Assembly: GCF_900167395.1 (NCBI RefSeq)
Contig: NZ_FUWK01000004.1
Location: 60,001 to 92,000 of the forward strand
Source: Nitrosomonas europaea
GTDB lineage: Bacteria; Pseudomonadota; Gammaproteobacteria; Burkholderiales; Nitrosomonadaceae
Length of the DNA stretch: 32,000 nt
Reading direction: 5' to 3'
Under the pieces are notes generated by a model. The model did no database searches. It worked only from the letters and a program-made list of their open reading frames with translations, and was not told the origin of the DNA. Both the position numbers and the translations under genes were made by a program. The first letter of the stretch is position 1, and the number at the start of each line of letters is the position of its first letter. This document shows, piece after piece, positions 1-9,491 of the stretch.

Positions 1-1
1 A

Positions 2-1903
2 CTTGCCCGGAATATACCAGACTACCGTCCCCGCACCCAGCAACTGGAGATGGCGCAGGCCATCGCGCAAGCCATAGAGAGTCAGGAGGTTCTGGTTACC
101 GAGGCCGGTACAGGTACGGGTAAAACCTATGCCTATCTGGTACCGGCTTTGTTATCAGGCGGAAAGGTCATTTTATCGACGGGTACCAAAACGTTACAGG
201 ATCAGCTTTTTCAACGCGATATCCCAACCGTGCGTGCCGCTCTGAAAATACCGGTCACTATCGCATTGCTGAAAGGACGTGCCAACTATATCTGTCATTA
301 TCATCTTGAACGTACCCTGAATTCAGATCATATTCACTTTGCCAGCCGCACTGAAGTAAAGTATCTCAATCTGATCGAACGCTATGCCGGTACCAGCAGC
401 CACGGCGATAAAAGCGGGCTGGATAAAGTCCCGGAACAAGCTGCCATCTGGCAGCACGTCACTTCCACACGGGAAAACTGTCTGGGATCGGATTGCCCGC
501 ATTACCGACAGTGCTTTGTGATGGAAGCGCGCAAGCGAGCACTATCAGCCGATATCGTAGTTGTCAATCACCACCTGTTCTTTGCTGATGTCATGCTACG
601 TGATGAGGGTCTCTCCGAATTACTGCCTGCCTGCAACACCGTGATATTTGATGAGGCGCATCAGTTACCCGAAGTGGCCAGCCTGTTTTTTGGTGAATCG
701 GTCAGTACCGGCCAGATACAAGTTCTGGTACGTGATACCGATACTGAAGCACTACTCGAGGCAAAGGATTTTGCTCCCTTGTTCGATGCCACGGCAGCTG
801 TCGGGAAAGCGGTGCTGGATCTGCACCTGACAATCACGGAAAAACATACACGCATGTCTTCCGCTTCCGCTGCACGCTATCCCGGTTTCAGTGAAGCGCG
901 GCAAGTCTTACAGGAAAAACTGGTGCTACTGGCCGGATTGCTCGAAACTCAGGCGGTTCGTTCGCAAGGGTTGCAAAACTGCTGGCTGCGGGCACAGACT
1001 CTGCTCAATCGGATCAGGCAGTGGCATGAACAATCTGAATCCCGGGAATTCATCTGCTGGGTCGAGACCTACAGTCAAAGTCTGCAATTCAACACTACAC
1101 CTTTATCCGTTGCAGAAACATTCAGCAAACAACTCGATGCTTCCGCGCGCGCCTGGATATTCACCTCCGCTACCCTGTCAGTCAAAAAGGATTTCTCTCA
1201 TTACAACCGGATGATGGGATTGTTCGAGGCTAAAACGGCCAATTGGGACAGCCCGTTCGATTTTCCCAATCAGGCGTTACTCTATGTGCCTTCCCAACTG
1301 CCCGATCCAAATACGCCACACTACACTGAAAGTATCGTTCAGGCTGTGTTGCCGGTCATCAAGGCAAGCCAGGGACGGGCATTCATCCTGTGTACCAGTC
1401 TGCGCAACATGCAACAGATCCATGAATTGCTGCAGGTTGCCTTTCAACGGGAACAGCTTGAATTTCCCTTGTTGTTGCAAGGACAGGAAGCTCGCTCTGC
1501 CCTGCTGAATCAGTTTCGCCAGCTGGGCAATGCGGTGCTGGTGGGAAGCCAATCCTTCTGGGAAGGTATCGATGTAAAGGGAAATGCCCTTTCACTGGTC
1601 ATCATCGACCGGCTGCCCTTTGCTTCACCGGATGATCCGGTATTGTCTGCACGCATCGAAAAATTTACCCGTGAAGGCCGTAATGCATTCATGGAATACC
1701 AGTTACCCCATGCGATCATCAGCCTGAAACAGGGAGCCGGCCGCCTGATACGAGATGAAAAAGATCGTGGGGTGCTGATGATTTGCGACCCGCGGCTGGT
1801 ATCCAAACCTTATGGCAAGCAGATCTGGCAAAGCCTGCCACCGATGAAACGCACGCGGGATCCGGATGAAGTATTACGTTTTCTGGAAAATGTTGACCAG
1901 TAA
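2..1903 (+). CDS. yoaA: ATP-dependent DNA helicase, DinG/YoaA (XPD-like Fe-S) family; 5' end cut by the window edge
   Basis: The frame is open from base 2 (LARNIPDYRPRTQQLE precedes the first ATG at 50), so the gene starts upstream of the window. It has a Walker A motif (AGTGTGKTYAYL), a DEAH box (FDEAHQL) and a Cys cluster (ICHY ... CLGSDCPHYRQC) typical of Fe-S helicases. From memory, the N-terminus resembles E. coli YoaA more than DinG. Confidence 0.9.
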   Translation, partial: LARNIPDYRPRTQQLEMAQAIAQAIESQEVLVTEAGTGTGKTYAYLVPALLSGGKVILSTGTKTLQDQLFQRDIPTVRAALKIPVTIALLKGRANYICHYHLERTLNSDHIHFASRTEVKYLNLIERYAGTSSHGDKSGLDKVPEQAAIWQHVTSTRENCLGSDCPHYRQCFVMEARKRALSADIVVVNHHLFFADVMLRDEGLSELLPACNTVIFDEAHQLPEVASLFFGESVSTGQIQVLVRDTDTEALLEAKDFAPLFDATAAVGKAVLDLHLTITEKHTRMSSASAARYPGFSEARQVLQEKLVLLAGLLETQAVRSQGLQNCWLRAQTLLNRIRQWHEQSESREFICWVETYSQSLQFNTTPLSVAETFSKQLDASARAWIFTSATLSVKKDFSHYNRMMGLFEAKTANWDSPFDFPNQALLYVPSQLPDPNTPHYTESIVQAVLPVIKASQGRAFILCTSLRNMQQIHELLQVAFQREQLEFPLLLQGQEARSALLNQFRQLGNAVLVGSQSFWEGIDVKGNALSLVIIDRLPFASPDDPVLSARIEKFTREGRNAFMEYQLPHAIISLKQGAGRLIRDEKDRGVLMICDPRLVSKPYGKQIWQSLPPMKRTRDPDEVLRFLENVDQ

Positions 1904-2004
1904 TTCCATTTCTAAATCAAAACTAACTTTGTCGGCTTCGCCTGGCCGTATTATTTATACTGTCTGCGGCTCGCCTTCGTGTCATTTTTGATTTGGGAAT
2001 GGAA
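1904..2004. repeat. Long-stem inverted repeat (19-nt arms, 63-nt spacer) in a convergent intergenic gap
   Basis: The arm at 1904-1922 (ttccatttctaaatcaaaa) pairs with 1986-2004 (ttttgatttgggaatggaa) at 17/19 Watson-Crick positions. The two exceptions are G-U wobbles on the plus-strand transcript and C-A mismatches on the minus-strand transcript. Confidence 0.7.
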
Positions 2005-2036
2005 TAACATCTGTTTGTATCAATGGAAATCAGGCT

Positions 2037-3305
2037 TTATTCTTCTGTGGATAAAACAATCAGCATGCGAATAAATTCCATGATCTCGGGGCGAAACACA
2101 TCGTTGTGGTTTTCGATCAGGCGTTTATCAACCTTCACATTCAGATAAGGATTGTGAATGACTGTGTGCTCCAGGTTTCTCAGCTCTGTGCTGCCAAATT
2201 GGATTGCTTCTCCAGGTTGCTGATTTTTCCAGATAGCTTTGGCCTGGTGATAAACGGCTGCCATGCTTTTACTGGCGGGGTGTAATTCGTGGCTTTGTAA
2301 AAATTCGAAGTGACCTACTGCTTGACGATCGGCTGCACCCTCGCTGTAGGAAAGCGGTCGATTACAATCATTACGTTTGATCGTGCTGTGTGTTTCAAAA
2401 AATGTTGAGAAAACCCGTCCGGCAGGAAAGGCGTATTTGGTAGCAAAATCCGCTTCGGAAGTGAGTATTACCAGCCGTGGAGGCTGATCCTGAAAATAAC
2501 TGCAGCGTGCCTGGGCCAGATCATAAAGCGGAGCATACTTGAGTGCTTCAAACGCCGGGTTGAGCAATACCACAAGATCTCCAAACCCTTCTGCGTTATC
2601 GACATAATTTTTGTCACCAGCGCTGTTGATAAAACGATCTGCCAGAATCTGTGCAGCGGCACTGTACACCGCCGCACCGCCAAAGCTGTGGCCTAAAATA
2701 ACCAGACGGCTTTTGACCGGGGGTTCCTGTGTATTCTTGATGTTACGGATTTCTTCCAGCCTTAACAGCAGCTCGGCCATACCAAGGTAACCCACTTCAT
2801 GTGCCGTATTCTTCCGATCCCAGAAAGTGACGTTGTTTATCCAGGGTATATCAATTGATTCACCACGCCAGCCGACGTATATACCGACTACCTTGCGTGG
2901 TGTTCTGTCCTGGTGCAAATGGCTCTCGACTTTGCTCAATTCAGCCAGGTTGAGTTTGAAACTTTCCACATTGGCATCACCCTGCTTGGCATTGTGATGC
3001 CAGCCGTGAACGAACACATTGATTAACAGACTTTCTTTTGATGCCAGAGTATACAGTTCATTGAGCAATGCCTGCATTTGTACACGATTGCGGAGTTGTC
3101 CCTGATCATCGATCTCGACGAAACCGAGCAGATATTCCCTTTCTGTTCCTTTGTCGTGAAGCTGGATGGCATGGGATTCACATGATTCCTGTGCTGTTAC
3201 TATGCAATTGCTGAAATTACTGCGATAGATTTCATTGGAAGTGCAGGCGGATAATAGTATGGCAGTGAGCATTACTAAAAACAGCCTGGAAAAAGCAGTT
3301 TTCAT
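2037..3305 (-). CDS. Lipoprotein, alpha/beta-hydrolase fold (esterase/lipase-like), function unknown
   Basis: 422-aa ORF. The signal peptide has a lipobox (LTAILLSAC). A nucleophile-elbow motif (LGHSFGG) and a VFVHGWHHN block match uncharacterised alpha/beta hydrolases. A strong SD (AAGGAG) lies just upstream of the ATG at 3305. Confidence 0.8.
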   Translation of the reverse strand: MKTAFSRLFLVMLTAILLSACTSNEIYRSNFSNCIVTAQESCESHAIQLHDKGTEREYLLGFVEIDDQGQLRNRVQMQALLNELYTLASKESLLINVFVHGWHHNAKQGDANVESFKLNLAELSKVESHLHQDRTPRKVVGIYVGWRGESIDIPWINNVTFWDRKNTAHEVGYLGMAELLLRLEEIRNIKNTQEPPVKSRLVILGHSFGGAAVYSAAAQILADRFINSAGDKNYVDNAEGFGDLVVLLNPAFEALKYAPLYDLAQARCSYFQDQPPRLVILTSEADFATKYAFPAGRVFSTFFETHSTIKRNDCNRPLSYSEGAADRQAVGHFEFLQSHELHPASKSMAAVYHQAKAIWKNQQPGEAIQFGSTELRNLEHTVIHNPYLNVKVDKRLIENHNDVFRPEIMEFIRMLIVLSTEE

Positions 3306-3378
3306 TTGAATCTCCTTGCGTTTGAGGATTTTTCAATATGCAATACAATTCCTGATTATATCCATAAGGCATGGTGAT

Positions 3379-3684
3379 ATGCAGACAGGTAATCTGTTTA
3401 CAGGATTTTCCACTCCGCGAAAAGGTGAAACTTTCGAGACACTGCTCTCCCGCAGAAACCTGGTGATCGAACGTATCGTCAGCTCTGCCGAACTGTCTCC
3501 ACAAAAATACCAGCAAGTACAGGATGAATGGATCGCACTGCTGAAAGGTACAGCCATACTCGAAGTAGACGGAAAAACTATTGAGCTGAATACCGGAGAC
3601 TATCTGTTTCTGCCGGCCAACACCCCACACACTGTCAAATGGACATCCCACGGCGCGCTCTGGCTGGCCGTTCATGTGTATTGA
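3379..3684 (+). CDS. Small cupin-domain protein
   Basis: A cupin-like beta-barrel signature is present (DEWIALLKGTAILEVDG ... GDYLFLPANTPH). I prefer the ATG at 3379 (MQTGNLF) over the TTG at 3316 used in the ORF track, because 3316 would almost abut the divergent gene start at 3305. Confidence 0.7.
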   Translation: MQTGNLFTGFSTPRKGETFETLLSRRNLVIERIVSSAELSPQKYQQVQDEWIALLKGTAILEVDGKTIELNTGDYLFLPANTPHTVKWTSHGALWLAVHVY

Positions 3685-3943
3685 GAACCTGTTCAAGCCC
3701 CCACCTCGATTGAGACCCTAAACAGATTCCAGGAAAAACCGGCAGCTTTCTGGTTGTATCGTCAACGGCAAGGCCGTGCTGGATTGGGTGATGGAACGCT
3801 CTGGAACTGCTCTGCCGCGTAGTCAGAAAGTGAGTCTGGAAACGCTGAAGATTATGAATAAACTGCCAGAACTGGAAATTTTCGCTGTGGAATAACTGGA
3901 TTGCTTCGGTGTACTACCTCGCAAGGACAATCGAGGGTTGGAA

Positions 3944-5260
3944 TCAGCCAGGCTTCCCGCCACTTCCTTGTGCCAATCCTCTGCTGCCGATATCCCGGCG
4001 CATCTGACAGCCATCGAAATGGATGTCTGCTGCAATCGCATAAGCTCGTGATTGTGCTTGCCGGATGTCCCCACCCAAAGCGGTCACACCCAGTACGCGC
4101 CCGCCGAATGTCAGTATTTCTGTCGAATCTGTACTATTCAGCGCAGTACCGGCATGAAAAATGTGAAATTCATCAGAATGATGCTGAGCAGCCATCACTG
4201 AATCCAGCCCATGAATGATGTCATTTTTCCTTGGATTGTCAGGATATCCTTGGGCTGCCATGACTACACATAACGCCACCCGCTGATCCCATTCAATATT
4301 TGTCTGATCCAGTGTGCCATCGACAGCGTGCTCCAGCAGGATAAACAGATCAGATTTCAATCGCAGCATGATAGTCTGCGTTTCCGGGTCTCCGAGGCGA
4401 CAATTGAATTCCAGTACCCTGACTTCGCCTTGCGGGGAAATCATCAGCCCGGCATACAGAAATCCGACATAAGGTTGAGATTGTTGTGTCATGCCCTGGA
4501 TTACGGGCATGATGACCTTCTGCATGATTCTGTCATGCAATTCGGGCGTAATGACCGGTGCCGGAGAATAGGCGCCCATCCCCCCCGTATTGGGTCCTTC
4601 ATCGTTATCCCGCAGGCGTTTGTGATCCTGGCTGGTGGCCAGAGGCAGAACATTCTTTCCATCCGACAGGACGATGAAACTGGCCTCCTCGCCTTCCAGG
4701 TAATCTTCGATCAGAATATGCGCACCGGCCGTACCCAACCGGTTGTCCACCAGCATGGCATCCACTGCCGCATGCGCCTCGGACAGAGTTTGCGCCACGA
4801 CCACGCCCTTACCGGCCGCCAGTCCATCAGCCTTGATGACGACCGGCAGGGAATGCTGGTCGATATAGCGATGTGCGGCCGCTGCATCATCAAACGTTTC
4901 ACAGGCAGCGGTTGGAATGCCATGACTGAGCATGAATGCCTTGGCGAAACTTTTGGAACCTTCCAGTCGTGCACCCTTCCGGGTGGGTCCGAATATTCTC
5001 AAGCCTGAAGCCTGAAAAGTATCGACGATGCCCTCCGTCAATGGCACCTCCGGGCCAACTACGGTCAGATCGATCTTCTCCTGCCGGGCAAACGTCACCA
5101 GATCAGGAATGGAAGTCATTGGAACATTTTCCAGCTTGGCTTCCAACACCGTTCCGGCATTACCAGGCGCAACGAAGATCTTTTCAATCAGGGGAGATTG
5201 GGACAGTTTCCATGCAATGGCATGTTCCCTGCCACCACTGCCGATAACGAGTAATCTCAT
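3944..5260 (-). CDS. purD: Phosphoribosylamine--glycine ligase
   Basis: The canonical PurD N-terminus MRLLVIGSGGREHAIAWKL starts at the ATG at 5260, and ATP-grasp motifs run throughout. The ORF-track start at 5341 would overlap purH by 80 nt and adds non-conserved residues. Confidence 0.96.
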   Translation of the reverse strand: MRLLVIGSGGREHAIAWKLSQSPLIEKIFVAPGNAGTVLEAKLENVPMTSIPDLVTFARQEKIDLTVVGPEVPLTEGIVDTFQASGLRIFGPTRKGARLEGSKSFAKAFMLSHGIPTAACETFDDAAAAHRYIDQHSLPVVIKADGLAAGKGVVVAQTLSEAHAAVDAMLVDNRLGTAGAHILIEDYLEGEEASFIVLSDGKNVLPLATSQDHKRLRDNDEGPNTGGMGAYSPAPVITPELHDRIMQKVIMPVIQGMTQQSQPYVGFLYAGLMISPQGEVRVLEFNCRLGDPETQTIMLRLKSDLFILLEHAVDGTLDQTNIEWDQRVALCVVMAAQGYPDNPRKNDIIHGLDSVMAAQHHSDEFHIFHAGTALNSTDSTEILTFGGRVLGVTALGGDIRQAQSRAYAIAADIHFDGCQMRRDIGSRGLAQGSGGKPG

Positions 5261-5261
5261 G

Positions 5262-6824
5262 CTAATGCCTGAAATGTCTGACACCGGTAAAGACCATAGC
5301 CACCCCTTGCTCATCAGCTGCCGCGATGACTTCCTCATCACGAATACTGCCGCCGGGCTGAATCACAACCCCGGCACCCGCCTGGGCAAGTACATCCAGA
5401 CCATCCCGAAATGGGAAAAATGCATCCGATGCAACAACTGATCCATGCAAATCAAGGTTGGCCTGCTGTGCTTTGATCGAAGCAATACGTGCACTGTCCA
5501 CCCGGCTCATCTGCCCGGCCCCGATACCGAGCGTCTGGCCGTTGGCACAAAATACGATGGTGTTTGATTTGACGAATTTCGCCACTCTCCAGGCAAACAG
5601 ACAATCTTCTATTTGTTCACGAGTGGGTTTTATCCGTGTGACGACCTGCAACTGATCTACCGTGATATCGAGATCATCCGGTGTTTGAACCAGCAGTCCA
5701 CCATCCACCCGTTTCAGATCATAGACATTGTTGTGTTTATCCAGCGGTACGGTCAATACCCGGATATTGGGCTTGTCTGCCAGCAAATGTCTGGCTTCCG
5801 GGCTGAATTCCGGTGCAATGATGACTTCCACAAACTGTTGCAATACTGCTTTGGCCAGATCAGCCTCGACAGCCCGGTTGATCGCGATAATGCCGCCAAA
5901 GGCCGATACCGGATCAGTGGTAAATGCCTTTTTATAAGCAGCCAGCGCGGTATCGGCAATAGCCACACCACACGGATTGGCGTGTTTAATGATTACGCAG
6001 GCCGGTTTATCAAAAGTTCTGACACATGCCCATGCGGCATCGGTATCAGCAATATTGTTATAGGAGAGCTCCTTACCCTGAAGCTGGTCATAGTCCGCAA
6101 GACTGCCCGGAACATTTGTCGTATCACGATAGAACGCTGCCTGCTGGTGAGGGTTCTCACCGTAGCGCAACGGCTGGGCCAGCGTAAAACTCAGATTGAG
6201 CTGATCCGGAAAACGTTTGCGCTGTGAGCTCAATGGCTCCAGTGCAGTCAGATAATTACTGATGGCGCCATCATAGCGCGCCGTATGGGAAAAAGCTTTT
6301 TGTGCCAGCTGGAAACGATAGTCATGATCGATTGATCCGTCGTTAGCGCGTATTTGTTCCAGCAGTGGCCCGTAATCCTGTGGGTCGGTCACGACAGCGA
6401 CACGCTGGAAATTCTTGGCAGCGGCCCGGATCATGGTAGGCCCGCCGATATCGATGTTTTCGATTGCTTCTTCAAACGAACAATCCGGTCGGGTAATGGT
6501 TTGAGTAAACGGATACAGATTGACCACCACCAGATCGATCGCTGGAATCTGTGCTTGTTCCATCACTTGTCGATGCTCAGGCAAATCCATCCTGGCGAGA
6601 ATGCCTGCATGTACCTTAGGGTGCAGCGTCTTGACCCGTCCATCTAGCATTTCGGGGAAACCGGTATAGTCGCTTACTTCTATGACGGGAATACCTGATT
6701 CCTGCAGTAATCTTGCGGTTCCACCGGTCGAGAGAATGGTGATATTGAATTGGTGCAGAGCTGCTGCCAGCTCAACTATGCCTGTTTTGTCGGAAACGCT
6801 GATCAGCGCCTGTTTTATGCTCAT
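5262..6824 (-). CDS. purH: Bifunctional AICAR formyltransferase / IMP cyclohydrolase
   Basis: The 520-aa ORF has an MGS-like N-terminal domain ([10 protein letters not shown] ... LSTGGTA) and an AICARFT domain. Its stop codon lies 1 nt from the purD start. Confidence 0.97.
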   Translation of the reverse strand: MSIKQALISVSDKTGIVELAAALHQFNITILSTGGTARLLQESGIPVIEVSDYTGFPEMLDGRVKTLHPKVHAGILARMDLPEHRQVMEQAQIPAIDLVVVNLYPFTQTITRPDCSFEEAIENIDIGGPTMIRAAAKNFQRVAVVTDPQDYGPLLEQIRANDGSIDHDYRFQLAQKAFSHTARYDGAISNYLTALEPLSSQRKRFPDQLNLSFTLAQPLRYGENPHQQAAFYRDTTNVPGSLADYDQLQGKELSYNNIADTDAAWACVRTFDKPACVIIKHANPCGVAIADTALAAYKKAFTTDPVSAFGGIIAINRAVEADLAKAVLQQFVEVIIAPEFSPEARHLLADKPNIRVLTVPLDKHNNVYDLKRVDGGLLVQTPDDLDITVDQLQVVTRIKPTREQIEDCLFAWRVAKFVKSNTIVFCANGQTLGIGAGQMSRVDSARIASIKAQQANLDLHGSVVASDAFFPFRDGLDVLAQAGAGVVIQPGGSIRDEEVIAAADEQGVAMVFTGVRHFRH

Positions 6825-6832
6825 TTGGAAAT

Positions 6833-7075
6833 TTACCGGATCTGATGTTTGGTTAATCGGTTGCGCAAGGTATTGCGATTGATGCCCAATAATTCAGCAG
6901 CTTTGCTTTGATTGCCCTGAGCATAATGCATGGCGATCTCTATGAGCGGTTTTTCCACACTGCGTATGACCATTTCATAGATAGGGCATGGTTTTTCACC
7001 ATCCAGATCCTGGAAATAGGCTTCTACTGCTCTGCGGATACAAAGTGCAATCTCGTTTTCGTTGATAACCGTCAT
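6833..7075 (-). CDS. fis: Fis family nucleoid-associated DNA-binding protein
   Basis: 80 aa with a C-terminal HTH ([21 protein letters not shown]). Its ATG overlaps the dusB stop (ATGA), the classical dusB-fis arrangement. Confidence 0.93.
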   Translation of the reverse strand: MTVINENEIALCIRRAVEAYFQDLDGEKPCPIYEMVIRSVEKPLIEIAMHYAQGNQSKAAELLGINRNTLRNRLTKHQIR

Positions 7076-8085
7076 GCTTCGATGACCTCTTCGTCGATAT
7101 AAGTAAGCGTGCGGCCCTGATCGGCCAGCTCTGCAAAAAACTGCTGTGTAGCTGCCAGCTGTTCTTCAACTGTCGCCAATCGGTTCATGGCATGACGGAA
7201 AGCAGCAGAACCGGCAAGCCCGCGTGTGTACCAGGAAATATGCTTACGCGCTATTCGCACACCCGAGTATTCACCGTAAAAATGATACAACTCGTACAGG
7301 TGATCGATCAGGACACGCTGAATTTCAGCTACCTCAGGGGGAGGCAGAAAGCTGCCTGTCGTCAGATAATGATCAGTTTCGCGGAAAATCCAAGGTTTTC
7401 CCTGGGCGGCACGACCGATCATGACAGCATCGGCACCGGTATATTCGAGTACCGCCCAGGCTTTTTCCGGTGTAGTGATGTCGCCATTGGCAATGATGGG
7501 AATTCTGATCGAAGTCTTGACTGCAGCGATCGTGTCATATTCTGCCTGCCCCCGGTAAGCACAGGCGCGCGTACGGCCATGTATGGCCAGCGCCTGTATG
7601 CCTGCACTTTCCGCAATACGCGCAACGGTAATTGCATTTTTGTGCTGTGTATCCCAACCGGTTCTGATCTTCAGAGTTACCGGAATATCCACGGCCTGCA
7701 CTACGGCATCAAGTATCCTGCTGACCAGATTTTCGTCTTTCAGCAAAGCAGATCCCGCCATGACATTGCAGATTTTTTTGGCGGGACAACCCATGTTGAT
7801 ATCGATGATTTCGGCACCCTGATCCGCATTATGACGCGCGGCTTGTGCCATCATAACCGGATCTGCGCCTGCAATCTGCACTGAAACCGGTTTTACCTCT
7901 CCGTCGTGACAGGCACGGCGCCGGGTTTTTTCCGATCCATATAACAGCGAGTTACTGGAAACCATTTCGGAAACCGCCATCGCAGCGCCCATCCGTTTGC
8001 ACAGTTGCCGAAAGGGCCGATCGGTGACCCCTGCCATGGGAGCAACGATCAATTTATTCTTGAGCGTATAGGAGCCAATTTGCAT
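7072..8085 (-). CDS. dusB: tRNA-dihydrouridine synthase B
   Basis: 337 aa with a Dus family N-terminus (LIVAPMAGVTDRPFRQLC) and TIM-barrel FMN motifs. It lies immediately upstream of fis. Confidence 0.95.
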   Translation of the reverse strand: MQIGSYTLKNKLIVAPMAGVTDRPFRQLCKRMGAAMAVSEMVSSNSLLYGSEKTRRRACHDGEVKPVSVQIAGADPVMMAQAARHNADQGAEIIDINMGCPAKKICNVMAGSALLKDENLVSRILDAVVQAVDIPVTLKIRTGWDTQHKNAITVARIAESAGIQALAIHGRTRACAYRGQAEYDTIAAVKTSIRIPIIANGDITTPEKAWAVLEYTGADAVMIGRAAQGKPWIFRETDHYLTTGSFLPPPEVAEIQRVLIDHLYELYHFYGEYSGVRIARKHISWYTRGLAGSAAFRHAMNRLATVEEQLAATQQFFAELADQGRTLTYIDEEVIEA

Positions 8086-8241
8086 GAAGCAGGAAGAATT
8101 CGTTCAAAATATCAGAAGGAAAATCCGGTAACTGTCGACCCGTTCCGGTAATCATTCGAAGTTCAATGGAAATAATTAGAAAAACCGGCCTGATTTCCGG
8201 ATCTGGACAAACCTGCTGCAGGCTATCCGGGAAATATCCGA

Positions 8242-9435
8242 TTATCCAATAAACCAGCCTTTAGTGCCAAATATCATCTGATGTGCGATCAGGCGCCTGG
8301 CTGGCGGCAGATTGTCCAGCGCAGCCAGTCCCATGCCGCTACACGTCTGCACCAGCGGCAGATCCGCTGTAAACAGCTTTACCAGAGAATCGGTAAACAG
8401 CCGGCTGATGCGTTTATCACTCTGGCGTCGTCTGCTGTAGGCAGCCAGCATTCTGGTCGACCCCGGTTCACCAGGCGTACCTGATGGGATACGGCTGATT
8501 TCACTGGCCAGTTCCCACGCATCGCGCAATCCTAGATTGAAACCCTGACCGGCAACTGGATGAAGTGCCTGTGCGGCATTCCCTATCAGTACTGCTCGAT
8601 GGCCGGTAATGGTCGATGCATGTTTGAGTATCAGCGGAAAGCTCGATCGCGGGCCAACATGAGTAAATTCACCCATACGATCCCCGAATTGCTCATGCAG
8701 ATGCAGCAAAAACGATCTGTCATCGAGCTTCAGAATTTTTTCTGCTGCTGCAGCTGGCATTGTCCATACCAGTGCATATCCCTCACCAGAAGGCAGCAAA
8801 GCCAGAGGTCCGTTCAGGGTAAAACGTTCAAATGCCGTTCCCGGCCGGGGTGATTCAACCTTGACGTTAGCTACGATGGCGGTTTGCTGATAGTCATAAG
8901 TATGGTAACGAACTCCATCAATCTGTTCGGCAAGCTTGCCACCATCTGCCAGCACCAATAATCTGGCTCGTACCTGCCTCGTTGTACTGCCTTGCTGATA
9001 GGCTACCTGAGCCAGTGAAAGATCGGTTCGAATGGCAGTTACCAGGGCATTGGTCTGGTAAACCGCATTGCTGCCTCGTATCGCCCGACCCATGGAATGG
9101 TAGAGATCATGGTAGTTAACCACATATCCCAGTGCCGGGACACCTGCATCATCCGGTGTGAGGACAGCATGACCGAAATGGCCGCGATTGGAAATATGAA
9201 TCGTGGTAATTGGCGCAGGTTGTGTCAGATTTTTCCAGATATCGAGTCGTTGCAGGATCAACCGGCTGCCATACGAAAGCGCCAGCGGACGGGGATCGTC
9301 CACTTTTTCCGGTAATTCACGCGCTTCGAGCAGCAATACTGAAAATTCATATTCGCGCAATGTCAGTGCCAATGCCATCCCGACTGGTCCACCCCCAACG
9401 ATGATGATATCGAACGGTTGCTCAGGCATGATCAT
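8242..9435 (-). CDS. FAD-dependent monooxygenase, UbiH/UbiF/VisC/COQ6 family (ubiquinone ring hydroxylase)
   Basis: It has an N-terminal GxGxxG (IIIVGGGPVGMALA) and the family motif GNAAQALHPVAGQGFNLGLRDA. The sequence alone does not tell me which paralogue (ubiH, ubiF or ubiI) it is. Confidence 0.88.
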   Translation of the reverse strand: MIMPEQPFDIIIVGGGPVGMALALTLREYEFSVLLLEARELPEKVDDPRPLALSYGSRLILQRLDIWKNLTQPAPITTIHISNRGHFGHAVLTPDDAGVPALGYVVNYHDLYHSMGRAIRGSNAVYQTNALVTAIRTDLSLAQVAYQQGSTTRQVRARLLVLADGGKLAEQIDGVRYHTYDYQQTAIVANVKVESPRPGTAFERFTLNGPLALLPSGEGYALVWTMPAAAAEKILKLDDRSFLLHLHEQFGDRMGEFTHVGPRSSFPLILKHASTITGHRAVLIGNAAQALHPVAGQGFNLGLRDAWELASEISRIPSGTPGEPGSTRMLAAYSRRRQSDKRISRLFTDSLVKLFTADLPLVQTCSGMGLAALDNLPPARRLIAHQMIFGTKGWFIG

Positions 9436-9491
9436 TTATATCGAGTTGATGACAGGCACATGGGCGGTGTGTCAGCATTCACATCCATGAT

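Noticed and set aside
3316-3378. TTG-initiated 21-codon extension of the cupin ORF
   Set aside because: It is a non-ATG start 10 nt from the divergent lipoprotein ATG, with hydrophobic non-conserved residues. The internal ATG at 3379 is more plausible, though this is not certain.
3823-4218. 83-aa minus-strand and 105-aa plus-strand ORFs around the purD 3' end
   Set aside because: They overlap the well-supported purD C-terminus or its antisense strand and have no motifs.
4328-5008. 226-aa plus-strand ORF
   Set aside because: It lies entirely antisense to purD, has no recognisable motifs and has low-complexity Arg/Gln-rich composition. This is a typical shadow ORF opposite a well-supported gene.
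5261-5341. 27-codon N-terminal extension of the purD ORF
   Set aside because: It would overlap the 3' end of purH. The conserved PurD N-terminus (MRLLVIGSGGREHA) starts at 5260.
5613-6227. 204-aa plus-strand ORF
   Set aside because: It is antisense to purH, shows no family resemblance and is a shadow ORF.
7192-7884. 230-aa plus-strand ORF
   Set aside because: It is antisense to dusB, shows no family resemblance and is a shadow ORF.
8086-8241. Possible terminator for the ubiH-like gene (ccgg...ccgg followed by ttttt on the minus strand)
   Set aside because: The stem is only 4 bp. An 11-mer it shares with 2025-2035 (ggaaatcaggc) is in the opposite orientation and is probably chance.
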